The notes beneath the pieces are model-generated. The model did no database searches and was not told where the DNA came from. It saw nothing but the letters and a program-made list of their open reading frames with translations. Both the position numbers and the translations under genes were made by a program. Shown piece after piece: positions 1 through 12,932 of a stretch of DNA of 64,000 bases (positions are counted from its first letter, which is position 1; each line of letters begins with the position of its first letter). The stretch comes from Octopus sinensis (lineage: Eukaryota), in assembly GCF_006345805.1 (NCBI RefSeq), contig NC_042998.1:164796001-164860000 (forward strand), written 5' to 3'.

Positions 1-3000
1 AAATTTAGTAAAATGACCGTGTATTTGCAAGCTGATTTAATTCTGCCAACACTAACTCTAAGTATGTAACTTCAGCTAATAACTCGGGCTAGATATGAAA
101 AAATAAGCCATTTAGGACTAGAAATATAGCGGGAGAACATGTGTCTTATGTAAAATCTGTGACGAGCCCAAGAGACGCTGATGACCTGGAGTCGTCTCTG
201 ATATATATATATATATATATATATGACTGTATTGTCCAGTATGTCCTACTTTTAAGACAGTTGTGTCTTGAATAAAATTTAGCTATCAATTCTAGTCTAG
301 GTTCACTTGTTGGCTCGTAGTTTTATCATGCTTCATAGTAACCCGATCCGTTAACTATTACTGCGATGTTTCTGAGATTTATACACTCAGCTAATTATAA
401 TAATAATCTAAAATTGAAACTATTACTGTTTGAAATATCTTATTTATAATGCACACTATGACTTTCATTATCAGTTTACGGCATGCGACACTCATTGCTC
501 ATATATCACCAAATTCTCGCAATGATTTTAAATTCGTTGTGCAGTCTGAATATTATCCATTAAGTGCCGTCACTTGTGTATTATCTCAGTCAAACTTTAC
601 GCAGTAAAACAGACAGATGTTGCCGCTTAGGTCCTGTCGTAGACATTCCAATCATGACCATCCCGTCTTTTATTCAAATATTGAATCTAAGACATCATTG
701 TCAAATAGATCATTTTCTGTAAGACGGTTGCTTTGTAATTTGAGAAAAATTTAGTTACTATTTCTAACCAAATGCTACGACAACATGAAGGTTAGTTCCT
801 TCACTAGGCAGCCTTGATGTTGTTTAACTCCAGGTCAGCCTTGATTAAATAGGCCTTTGACTAACCCCCTTCCGTTGTTTGCTTGTGTGCAATAAATCTA
901 TCGTATCTTTTTTAAAGCAGTAGGATGTGATTTGAGGGATATATGGCGACTATTTCGGGCAGGTCGATATACCATGCCACCACATAAAAGCCAAAGCCCT
1001 AGTTGGTTGGTTCCATGACAGTTGTTGTTGCTGTTGATGTTCTTGTCACTGTCTAATTCCTGATAAACTCTAATTGAACAGACCAATATTCAAAGATAAT
1101 CCAGCTGTGATCATCCAATATTACATTTTACGATATTCAGAGAACCCGGGAACATTATCTATTACAGTCATTCCCACCGGTGGGGCATACACCACACAGG
1201 TGGGGCCTGAGAAAATTTTGATAGGGCATGGGATCCATTATTTAATACAAAAGAATTAGTAAATGGTCCATTCAGAGAATGGAGTAAACAAAACAGGAGA
1301 GACGTGGAATGGAGAATTGCTGAAGATGCCCCAGGATGCGTGACGAAAGATTTCCAGACAAAGGAATAAAATGAGAACAATAATCAGTGAATACTTTGTT
1401 CAAAACAAAAGGTACCAAATGTGGCTATGAGATAAAGTTGAAAGGAAATACCCTAAAACTGCTATTTCAGTAAAGGAAATTTTGATTCATTGAGAGCAAA
1501 TAATATAAATTTTGTCCTATTGTAATTTTAGTCTACGTCTTATTTGGTTGAATGTGGTTTTAATACTGTAAATGGTTTGCTTCGAACCAAGAAAAACCGA
1601 TTTGAAATTACGAACCTTGGTGATTTTCAGCTGAGGCTAACAAAATTGTCTCTTCGAATCAAGGAGATCTGTCGTAGTTGTCAGGCACAAGGTTCACATT
1701 AAGGTGATCCGCTTTTTCTTAGTTGGTCAATAATGTACTTTTTTGTACTCAGTACTTAAATAAAAAAAAAGTTACAGGTAGATTCTTTTGTATTAAATAA
1801 TAGCGACAAAATATTAAAAATAAAGTTGTTTTTTTTTTAAACCACCGGTGTGGCATACATTTTTCTTGAAAGTTGTAGTCGGGTCTGGAGGGATGGAAAT
1901 AGGTTAATAAACATTAATCTAGCATATTCCCTTCTGAGAGAGAGCAAGTGTGATTTGACATAGCTTTCTAGCAGGTCGAGCAACAACGTGATGGAGAGAG
2001 GCTTATCGGGTCGTTGACAGGTTCGAAGCAACTTTCGATCACAGATGTCAGACGGCTGAATTGCAGTGGCTTCCACCATTTATCATGTTCTCAGTACCAG
2101 ATGTTAAAAAGGTGATACTATGCCCGCTGAGAGAATAGCTTTACGACCAGAGTGCCAAGCAATGTTATAACAACGTCCTCCACATTAAAACGATCAGGCT
2201 TCGTATTATGTTTCAAATCAGTCGTAAATATTTCGATATGGAGAGAAGGGTGGGACGAGGTGGAAAAGAGGTAGGAACTGTTTGTTGTGGTCTTTTACAT
2301 TTTCTTCTAAGCCTGTAGTAATAGAATACTTGTTGAGCTGTTTCTCATTATTGTCAATGATGATGATGATGAGGAGGAGAGGAGGAGGAGGAGGAGGAAG
2401 AGGGGGAGGAGGACAGCAGTGATAACGACAATGGTAGTGACGGCGCTGACGACAATGACGATAATGATGATGACGGCATCGATGATGATGATGACGACGA
2501 TCACGACGATGAGAGTGATGATATTGAAGATATTGAAATAATTTTCTTGCAGTAGCCATTACCGATAGATTAATTTCGGTGTTGTTCTATAGTTAATTAA
2601 TCATTGTTATAGTTTTATCTCTCTCTCTCTCTCTCTCTGTTGGCGATCTTTCTGTCTTCATCGTCGCTGTTGCTGTTATGAATATTTAGTAACAGCGATG
2701 AGGTTTTGGGGGCCGGTGCAAGGAAGTGCGTGGCCCAATTAGAGAATTATAAGTGGAGCGCCTACAAAAACTGAAGACTGATGCTTTATGATTCGTGTTA
2801 GTACGCCAGTCCCAGTCAAAAAGCGTTGGGGGTGGGGCTTGAAGTTCCACCATTAGCCACAAAGATATACTAAAAGTTCATCATAGCGTCCTCCCCTCGA
2901 GCGTGTTCGCGGGGCCCAATTTAAACAAATCTGTTTAATTAGTTTAAAAGTGGTCCTGACTATATAACCATTATCATTCTCGTCACTAATGAAGTCTTTG

Positions 3001-3352
3001 TATTACTTTTAATACTTTTAATAGTTCCTGCTTTTATGATACTAACGTTGTTGTTATTGTTGATGATGCTGAAGTTGACTCCTGTGGTTATACTGCTACT
3101 TGCTGTTATCGTTGCGGTTGAGTTTAATTGGCTTTGTTACTAACTTGCGTTAGCAGTTTATATTACTTGCAGCCATTGGTCTCAGCAATTAAAACCCAAT
3201 TAAATCTTCGCTATATTTCCCCACCACTGATTTTTATGGGTCTAAAATATCTTTTATGCTATTGTGTGGATTGTCAGATGTAATCATTGATATTAAATCC
3301 TATGTATATTAATTCAGAAATATAAACTGTTTTCAATATTATTTTTGTTATA

Positions 3353-3579
3353 AAGACGGTGAGCCAGCAGAATAGTTGGCACGCCGGACAAAGAACGTAG
3401 TGGCATTTCGTCCGTCTTTACATTGTGAGTTCAAATTCTGTCATGGTCGACTTTGCCGTTCATCCTTTCGGAGTCAACGAAATAAGTACCAGTTATGCAC
3501 TGGGGACGATGTAATCGACTAGCCACCCCCTCGTTCCAAAAAATTTCAGACCTTGTGCCTTTAGTAGAAAGGATTATTA
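3353..3579 (+). mobile_element. tRNA-derived SINE (OK-like), standard tail
   Basis: A-box-like 'ccagcagaatag', B-box 'gagttcaaattc', body 'ttcatcctttcggagtc...aagtaccagtt', tail 'ccttgtgcctttagtagaaaggattatt'. Confidence 0.85.
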
Positions 3580-3593
3580 CTTTTGCTATTAAC

Positions 3594-3923
3594 AGCCGCG
3601 AGCTGGCAGAATTGATTGGACGCCGGGCAAAATGCTTGACGCATTTCTTCTGTCTTCGTGTTCTGAGTTCAAATTCCGCCGAGGTTGACTTTACCTTTCA
3701 TCCTTTCGGTTTTTTTTTCTCTCTCTCTCTCTCCCTCTGTTGACGATCTTTATGTCTTCATCGTCGCTGTTGCTGTTATGAATATTTAGTAACAGTGATG
3801 AGGTTTTTCGGGGTCGGTGCAAGGAAGCACGGGGCTCAATTAGAGAATAGTAAGGGTCGATGTAATCGACTTACCCCCTTCCCTGAACTTTTTGGCGTTG
3901 TCCCAAAATTTGAAACCAATATT
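3594..3923 (+). mobile_element. OK-like SINE interrupted by a copy of nearby sequence
   Basis: SINE 5' part 3594-3709 and 3' part 3854-3923 flank 3721-3848, which copies 2621-2747. Confidence 0.75.
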
Positions 3924-4261
3924 ATTTTTGCTATTCTCTGTTGATTTTCTTTTTTTTATTCCACCCTACATCCCTAAACGGCAAACATTAACGTTCAATC
4001 AACCCCAGTATTTCTCGTTTTGGCAATTGGTTGTTTTAATTATTATTTTTTTATTAATAATTATTTAAAGGCAATCCTCATTACGACAACCACAAATAAA
4101 AGAAAAAATAAACAAAAAAAAACAGATATGTGCGTGCGTGTATAAATCAAATAATCTGCTATTTTTGATGTTTAATATGGATTTCAACAGTTTTCTTTGT
4201 TTTTATGAATTATATCTGTCGCTGGCTGGTTAGATTTTGATCTTATTATATATTATAGGTC

Positions 4262-5370
4262 AGTGAGATGATGGGCTAATTGAACTGTTATCGCGTTGGG
4301 ACAATATTTCGTAGCATTTGATCCGGCTCTTTACGTACTGAATTCAAATGCCACCGAGGTTGACTTAATCTTTCAACTTTTCGGGGTTGTTTGTTGATCA
4401 CTGTACTAGTTGATCACTGGGCTCAATGTAATCTACTAACCCTTGCCGCTAAAAGCTTCAGTTCTTGTGCCAATAGTAGAAAGGACTATTTATGGCGAAT
4501 GTGGCGAACTATCACAATCAGTAACGCGTCGGACAAAATGCAAAGCGGAATTTCTTTGGGAATTTACATTCTGAGTTGAAATTACGCCCAGGTCAGCTTT
4601 GCTTTCATTCTTCGGGTTGATAAAATAAGAACCTGTTGATAAAATAAAAACTTGTTGAGCAATGATGTCGAAATAAGTGGCTCTCTCTCTCTGCTCTGAA
4701 AGTTGCTGGTCTTAGGTCAATATTTGAAACAACTATTCATTATAGACCAGCTTAACCGCATTTCTTTCGGCTCTTTACGCTCTGAATTCAAATGCCGCTG
4801 AGATCGACTTTGTCCTTCATTTTTCCGGAGTCAATAAAATAGTACCAGTTAAGCACTGGGGTCGATGTAATCGGGTACCCTCTTCCCTCGAAAGTGCTAG
4901 CCTCTTTCTAAAATTAGAACATTTATTAAAGAACAAGGGGCTGCGGGACTGGCGGAATCGTTAGAGCGTTGGTAAAATGTCTTGTTACATTTATTCTTGT
5001 TCTTTAAGCGTCCTGAGTTCAGATTCCGTCGAAATCAACTATACCTTTAATCTTTTTAAGTTGAAGAAACTCAAGTGCTTGTGTTGATGGTGCTAACTAA
5101 ACCTCTACCTTCAAAATTGCTGGCTCGTGTCTAAATTAGAGGAGGTTAGGATCGTGAACTGACACATCATTAGAATTAACAGGAGAACATACATTGCGGT
5201 ATTTCTTCCAACACTTTACTTTCTGAGTTCAAATTCTGCGGGGTCTACTTCGCTTCTCAGCATACGGGATCGATAAGATAAGAAACTAGTCACGTACTGA
5301 GGTAGATATAACCGAATAACCTCCTTACCTTAAAGTCTCAGGTCTTAAGATTATGTTAGAAACAATTATT
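4262..5370 (+). mobile_element. Head-to-tail cluster of about five decayed OK-like SINEs
   Basis: Recurrent 'ctgagttcaaat..cgccgaggtcgacttt' B-box/body motifs near 4335, 4570, 4780, 5015 and 5222. Confidence 0.7.
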
Positions 5371-5399
5371 TAATACAAGGCAGTGGCTTGGTAGAAAAT

Positions 5400-6060
5400 G
5401 TCAGTAATGGTCTTGAATTGGTAGCAGGGGAGTGACTGTTAATGGTTGTGGTGTTGATGGTAGAGATTATGGTCAAAGAGAAGATGGTGGTGTTAGTGAT
5501 TGTGATAGAAATTATGATGGTTACAGTGATCGAGATCGTGGTAGTAATGGTTGTGTTATTCGTTTGGTGGTGGTGATGGTGGTGGTTTCATCATGAAGAT
5601 GATGATGGCGGCGGCGGAGATCGTCTTCATCATGGCGGCAATGTTGATGGTAGAAGTCGTGGTCTTGGCGGTGGCGTGACTGTTAACGTGATATTGGTGA
5701 AAAGCATAATGACATTTTGATGATGAATTGTAGTGGTGGTTGTGGTTCCAGGAAGAATTTCGACCGCTGAAAGAGGGCCAAGGAGCAGCTGTAATGGCTA
5801 AAGGTCAGAGGCATTACTCTTTGATGATGAAGAGGATGAAGATGATGGCGGTATCGATATCGATGACGATGACAACCGATTACGACGATAAGGATAGTGA
5901 CGGCGCTCGAGGTGTCGGTGACCATGATGATGATGATGATTATGATGATGATGGTGACTAGACGACGGTAATGATGATAAGGAGGAGGGAGATGGCGAGG
6001 AGGAAAGTGGCAACGGTGATACAGATCTACTGCAACTGGTGAAAGAAATAGTAATCGGAC
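5400..6060. repeat. Degenerate GAT/GGT trinucleotide low-complexity tract
   Basis: Mixed gatgat/ggtggt/gacgat triplets. Confidence 0.8.
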
Positions 6061-6097
6061 TTCATGTAGCAAAATAATCCCCCGACTTCTGTTTCTT

Positions 6098-6149
<52 letters not shown>

Positions 6150-6376
6150 ACACACACACACATAAACACAAACATATATGTGTGTGTATGTATAAATGTA
6201 TTTTCGTGTATGTAAGTGTTTATAGCGGTAAGTGTATAATTGTTACATATTTGCTTTCAAGCTGTTATAGTCACGCATACTTTTATGCATTTATATATAC
6301 ATACAAGAGCTACAGAACACAGAACTCTTACACACGAACCCGCATAAAATGTATATACATGCATATGTATGTATAA

Positions 6377-6433
<57 letters not shown>

Positions 6434-6600
6434 GCATAGCTAATATATATATTATACATTGCTAATGTATGTGTAACTAACATATGTATATATATATATA
6501 TTATATATATATATGCATGTACATATTTATAACTATTATATAATTATGCATAACAGCAATATCATATATGTATATATATACATAATTTGTAAATGCATAT
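6098..6600. repeat. (CA)n and (TA)n microsatellites
   Basis: Perfect (CA)n about 6098-6160 and (TA)n about 6380-6430. Confidence 0.95.
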
Positions 6601-7601
6601 GTTTTGCGTGATTGTGTGTACGTATGCGCATGTCTGCATGTATACATGTCTATATGTATAAACTCAGATTTCGCTATGTGATGCACAAGGAGAGAAGATA
6701 AGAAAGAACGAAGACGAGGTTGAGACCTTTTAGTCATACATAAACGACAGCTACTTTCAGTTTGGACATCAAAATTGATCGAAGCTAGAATAGAATGCTC
6801 TAAGGGATTTCTGTCCGGCCTTACTATTTAAATATGACATACCAGCTTTCTATCAAGGAACAGAGTTTCTCACGTTTCTTTACATGAATATATCAATGAA
6901 AAGCTGAAACCGAATACTTGAGAACATAACCACATACAAAGAGACAATCAAACATATACACAAGCAATATTATATTATACAATATATCAGAACGAAGGAA
7001 GTTGCTGTGACACATGTAATGCTGATGATGGTGATGATCAACATGGTAGTTATAGTGGTGGCGATGGGAGGTGATGGTAAAGGTGGTGGTGGTGGTGGTG
7101 GTGGTGGTGTTGGTAGGTGTGGTGTCGGTGTAGGTCTGTCAAAATATGAAACAAGACTTAATCGATATTATAAGAAAGACAGTCGCTATTGTTGTATAAA
7201 TGCTGCTGCTATAGGGAAGCTGACCGATGTCATATAATATGACATACAGATCTAATTAGGATCTTCCATCAAATGTTAACCCCAGCTCAACCACCAACTA
7301 TTACTATACCAACTCCGATCTCAACTCCAAACCTCAAAAACCTCATCTTCACCCCAACCGATAAAACGTAAATAAATAAATGAATAAAAGATTATGTATC
7401 GAATCTGTTTCATTGCGTTCGCTTTGCGGAAAAATAGGAACGAAGAATAATAGTTTGGCTGTGATTGAGTTTACCTATGAAGACATACACCAGAGTTTCA
7501 ATGACAGTAGTAGAAGATAAGCACAATAAGATACTGTATTTACTCCGTATTTACTCTGTAACGCTTAACTTTTATGACTCAGCGACCCCATCACAGAATA
7601 A

Positions 7602-8083
7602 AGATTTGCCCAGCGTGCTGACGATTCTGCCACCTCGATGCCTTAAAATAATTCTTTCGAATATGATCACAAAACCTGAAGTTTTGAAAGTGATATAAGT
7701 TGATTGCAATGACCCCAGTCTTAATTTATCGACCACGAAAGAAGGAAAGGTGAAGTCGACTACGGCAGAATTTGAATCCAAAACGTAAAAATGGGCGAAA
7801 TGCGTCTGAACATTTCGCCCCATCCGGCGTACTAACGATTCTGCCAGCTCAACGCCATAAAAATAATTCTTTCTATTATAGATACATGGTCTGAAAATTT
7901 GTGGGAGGCGACTAGTCGATTACATCGACCACAGTTGTTCAACAGGTACTTAATTTATCGACCCCGAAAGGATAAAAGGCAAAGTCGACCTCGGTGAAAT
8001 TTGAACTCAGAACGTAAAGACGAAAGAAATGCCGCAAAGCATTTTTGCCCGATATGCTAACGGTTCTGCCAGCTTGCCGCCTT
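7602..8083 (-). mobile_element. Two OK-like SINEs plus a head fragment
   Basis: Reverse-complement heads 'ctaacgattctgccagctc' near 7835 and 8065; 'aaagtcgacctcggtgaaatttgaactcag'. Confidence 0.85.
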
Positions 8084-8134
8084 AATAATAATGATGATGG
8101 TGATGGTGATGAGATAATAATAATAATAATAATA

Positions 8135-8165
<31 letters not shown>

Positions 8166-8818
8166 TTCTCTTAAATGAAAAAACTGAACTGGCTGAAGAC
8201 AATCATTGGAAAATTCTTACCATTATGCAAATTCTTGACTAAAACTCTAATCTGATATTCCACTAGCGTAATAATTTGATAATCCTTTATAATTTTGATG
8301 AAACAATTTTATTTAATAAATATTTTTCTCCAATATTTTCTAGAGATAACTGAATTATTAAAATTTTAAATATTCAAAACTGTGCTATAGAAAGTGAATT
8401 GCCTTTTTGAACCTTATTTTATATGATTATATCAAATCGCTAACCTCTAAATCATCTTTTCGTCCCAACGGCATCCCATAAAACTTCGTTAAAAGATTCG
8501 CATCTGAATTCGTCGAAAGCATTTATCCATGTAGGCTTTGCTCTTTACAACTCACACTTACCCTTCTAATTGGAAAATTGCCAAAATATTTCCTATATAC
8601 AAAAAAAAAAATTGTTGCTTCAGATATAGCAAAACACTATAGACCAATTATTTAATTAAATACATGTAGTAAATCTCTATAATCTATTATTAGGGAAAAC
8701 GTTTTAAATCATTTAACACAAAACAAATTTTTATCAATTAATCAACATAACTTCCTACTAATTCGTTCTCCCAACACTCGATTGCTTTTATATCTTGGTA
8801 TTGGGACAAAAGAAATCG

Positions 8819-8875
<57 letters not shown>

Positions 8876-9541
8876 TATATAGATATAGCAAAGGCTTTTG
8901 ATTTAAAAAAAAATTCTCTTTAAAAAGTGCAATCTTTCATTACACAAATACGTAAATAATCGATTGAACAAATGACCATTGATCTATTAGGACTCAATTT
9001 GTTCATATTGAACATTTTTGGCTAAATCTTTTGGTTCAGAATGATGTCACATATACAGATACTTTGAGCTCCATTCTATTGCCATTTCTATAATGCTTTG
9101 ATTTCCATATTGAAATCATCCTCATTAGAATTATATGCTGAAGATGAAAGACTATATATTTTTAATAGCCAAATTACTATAAATAATGAAATATGGTTTA
9201 GAAACTTTAAATCAATGAACAAATTCTGTTCAACTCAAATTATTTATATACAAATCCATTTACATCTAATTTGTGGTAATATTCACAAACATTAACTACA
9301 TCCTAATCCCATTCCCTACCATGTAAAATGCACATTTCTGCTTCTAATGAGTTTGAAATTTTATATTATATATATATAGCGAGAGGCATTCATGTATAGT
9401 AATGCCCTTGATATAAATAATATATATATATATAGCCCTCGTTTGGGTAATTACTACTTCTGGAGTTCTGTTAGCTAGGAAACATATGTAGCCTGGATCC
9501 TATCAATTCCATTCCCTAAATTTGAACACACACACACACAC

Positions 9542-9756
9542 ACGAGTGGTGCTGAAAAGACCCTGGCTTTAAGCGTATCGTGAAAGGTCTGGTTGAAGGC
9601 CCAATTTTCCTAGTTCTTTTACAGGTCTTAGAAAAACTGAAGGACCGTTGCAACAAGTGTGTGAATCTGAGAGTAATATGTTCAGTAAAATCATAATTAA
9701 CTGATCCTCCTGTATTTTCTTTAAACCCAAATCCAAGATCTTTTCAGTTCTTCCTC

Positions 9757-9758
<2 letters not shown>
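9542..9758. mobile_element. Mariner-derived MITE
   Basis: Termini 'acgagtggtgctgaaaagaccctggcttt' and 'aatccaagatcttttcagttcttcctcata' are imperfect inverted repeats; related sequence in opposite orientation at 43905-44030. Confidence 0.7.
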
Positions 9759-9793
<35 letters not shown>

Positions 9794-9795
9794 AT

Positions 9796-9827
<32 letters not shown>

Positions 9828-9976
9828 ATATATATATACTGTCGGGTAATATCTAATTCAGTAAGGGGTTTAATGATAATTTATTTGTAAACAGAAATAT
9901 TTTTTATGCTCCTTGTGTGTAAGACCTTTGTTAGATCAAAATTAGAATATTCTGCAGTGATTTGAAATCCCTCTTA

Positions 9977-10320
9977 AGAATGGCATGCGGTCTCATTCCT
10001 GAGGATTGAAATTAGCCGCCCCGCTTTTCTGGTTGGATCTGTACGCTGTTTCCTGCATAAGATAAGCCTGGGACGCAGACAGCTGAAGAAAACCATCAAA
10101 GAAATAGGTATGGCAGCTGAAACCAACTCGATGAGGTGTGGTTAAGTGACAGCAGCTGGAACCTTTTTTCAGGTGAAGACTAACTCAGTCCTCGCTACCT
10201 CACTCAGGTGAAGCCTACAGGCTAAGATTTCAAATCCTTGTGACCTTTAAATATCTGCTGATGATACAGAATGTATCCAACATGGCAATAGATTCAGAAG
10301 AACTTACAACACTTCCGAAT
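9977..10320 (+). pseudogene. 3' end of an RLE-encoding non-LTR retrotransposon (HERO/NeSL-like)
   Basis: Open frame EWHAVSFLRIEISRPAFLVGSVRCFLHKISLGRRQLKKTIKEIGMAAETNSM, then VWLSDSSWN after a frameshift; resembles the EIGCRGF...LKK..KE...AAE..S.WLW C-terminus. Confidence 0.65.
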
Positions 10321-11034
10321 AGCTCATGCAGTTTCTAGTGGCGCAAAACAATTCTAAAGTTTATTTCACCTGCAAATATAAAATAAATATAAACAAAACT
10401 AAACATTTTAGAAATTGGATATTGTATCACGAACTTTTCATTTAGCTCAAATTACAATCAGATATTCAGTATTAGTGGATAAGATATTGACCAATATGGT
10501 ATCGCTTCCTTTCTCTATGTTTTCTACCATCTCTAAAAGAACAACTCAACGTTCCAAACAACTGTGTCCATTTCTTTGTATTAAGATGCAACCATGACCT
10601 TCGGCAACACTTTTTCAATTAGATTTCCTCACTTTGAAATACATTTCAGCAATGGTAAATGAATATATTTAATAAAATCTTTTTATACAATCTAATGTCA
10701 CTCCCTCAGAGTACGGGTTTTTAACATACTCCTAATGAACTTTCTCAGATTTTTTTCAAAATTCATTCTATGTCTAGTTAAAAAAAAAACAGCTTCTTTA
10801 TAACTGTCCAGACTCGTCAAAGGAACGACCCTAACCGGGCAATCGGTACAGCTATTTTTACTTATGAGAGTTAATTATAATTTTAATGGTTAAATTCAAT
10901 TAATGTTTAACTATTTATAGAACGCTATGTATAGAACATCTTAACATACAAAGAAGAAATTTTATTTTAGGAATTACATTTACATATACTGAGATATCGA
11001 CTCTCTGTTATTTAAGAAACTCGATAATTATAAT

Positions 11035-11387
11035 CTTTTCTGCTCTAGGCACAAGTACGTAACTGGTACTTAATTTTATCGACCCCGAAAGGGTGAAAGG
11101 CAAAGTCGACCTCGGTGGTAGTTGAACTCAGAACGTAACGACAAACGATATACCTATTTCTTTACTACCCACAAGGGGCTAAACACAGAGAGGACAAACA
11201 AGGACAGACAAACAGATTAAGTCGATTACATCGACCCCAGTGCGTAACTGGTACTTATTTAATCGACCCCGAAAGGATGAAAGGCAAAGTCGACCTCGGC
11301 GGAATTTGAACTCAGAATGTAACGGCAGACGAAATACCGCTCAGCATTTCGCCCGGCGTGCTAACGATTCTGCCAGCTCGCCGCCTT
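11035..11387 (-). mobile_element. Dimeric OK-like SINE with 17-bp TSD
   Basis: TSD aactcgataattataat at 11018-11034 and 11388-11404; full monomer with alternative tail joined to a partial monomer. Confidence 0.9.
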
Positions 11388-11404
11388 AACTCGATAATTA
11401 TAAT

Positions 11405-11735
11405 GGTGATTTAATTAATACGTGAAGAGAAAAAGCGTGATAATTATTTAAAAGTATTTCCTTTTCTTTCGATAGAAAAAATATTCTAAACTACAAAAGT
11501 ATGATTGAACTTAAAATACAGATATGAAAATTAATTGCTGCAGTCTAAGAATATATTTAAGAATATATTTTATGTCTTAAGAAATCATTAGGAGTGTGTT
11601 AAAAAAATTTATACTCTAAGTTATATAAATTTGTATTAATGGATTTAATTGATAAATTCACTCACCCTATTTGTAGTGTCTTTCAAAGTGAGGAATTGGA
11701 CGATTAGTTTTGTCTTAAAATTCACTTTTGTGTTG
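11405..11735 (-). repeat. Unclassified AT-rich interspersed repeat, inverted relative to copies at 12141-12290 and 13660-13830
   Basis: 'tttcaaagtgaggaattggacgattagttttgtcttaaaatt' is the reverse complement of 'aattttaagacaaaactagtcgtccaattcctcactttgaaa'. Confidence 0.75.
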
Positions 11736-11975
11736 CTGATCTTGCACTTCAGCTTTAGAAGTTATGTAGAATACTTCATCGTTTGAGAAACATGATTAAA
11801 TGTAGTACTGGTGTAAACTCTTTTACCTAACAGCGCAAAGTTGATGGCCGGGATTTTAATAAGAAACGTGCCAACACAGCATGCTTTGGAATTACTATGT
11901 ATATTGCTATGATATACAATATGTAAGATAGAAGGAGGGAGATAAAGTTGAAGGAAAAGAGACAGATCGAGAAAA

Positions 11976-12020
<45 letters not shown>

Positions 12021-12582
12021 GCCAGTGCCAGACGGTTTTAGCAAAACTGATAACTCATCCTCAACCATCTTAAATTAAAGAAGGACACGATGGATGGAAA
12101 ATGTCGCATTTTTACGAACAGATGATGTATAATGCAACCTAAGTAAATTTTAAGACAAAACTAGTCGTCCAATTCCTCACTTTGAAATACACTTCAGCTA
12201 TGGTAATTGAATTTATTTAATAAAATCTTTTTATACAATCTAATGTCACTCCCTCAGAGTACGGGTTTTTAACATACTCCTAATGAACTTTCTCAGATTT
12301 TTTTCAAAATTCATTCTATGTCTAGTTAAAAAAAAAACAGCTTCTTTATAACTGTCCAGACTCGTCAAAGGAACGACCCTAACCGGGCAATCGGTACAGC
12401 TATTTTTACTTATGAGAGTTAATTATAATTTTAATGGTTAAATTCAATTAATGTTTAACTATTTATAGAACGCTATGTATAGAACATCTTAACATACAAA
12501 GAAGAAATTTTATTTTAGGAATTACATTTACATATACTGAGATATCGACTCTCTGTTATTTAAGAAACTCGATAATTATAAT

Positions 12583-12932
12583 CTTTTCTGCTCTAGGCAC
12601 AAGTACGTAACTGGTACTTAATTTTATCGACCCCGAAAGGGTGAAAGGCAAAGTCGACCTCGGTGGTAGTTGAACTCAGAACGTAACGACAAACGATATA
12701 CCTATTTCTTACTACCACAAGGGGCTAAACACAGAGAGGACAAACAAGGACAGACAAACAGATTAAGTCGATTACATCGACCCCAGTGCGTAACTGGTAC
12801 TTATTTAATCGACCCCGAAAGGATGAAAGGCAAAGTCCACCTCGGCGGAATTGAACTCAGAATGTAACGGCAGACGAAATACCGCTCAGCATTTCGCCCG
12901 GCGTGCTAACGATTCTGCCAGCTCGCCGCCTT
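12583..12932 (-). mobile_element. Duplicated copy of the dimeric OK-like SINE
   Basis: Same TSD at 12566-12582 and 12933-12949. Confidence 0.9.

Larger units (their letters stand above)
8170..10620 (+). pseudogene. Decayed CR1/L2-type LINE reverse transcriptase, fragmented by insertions
   Basis: PSNWKIAKIFPIYKK (8562-8606), YRPI..LNTCSK, IDIAKAFD (about 8879), LYAED in place of YADD (9131-9145), KTFVRSKLEY (about 9921), RCNHDLRQHFF (about 10585); many stops and frameshifts. Confidence 0.85.

Noticed and set aside
172-198. gagacg CTGATGA ... cgtctc hairpin resembling a hammerhead
   Set aside because: No GAAA or cleavage triplet follows
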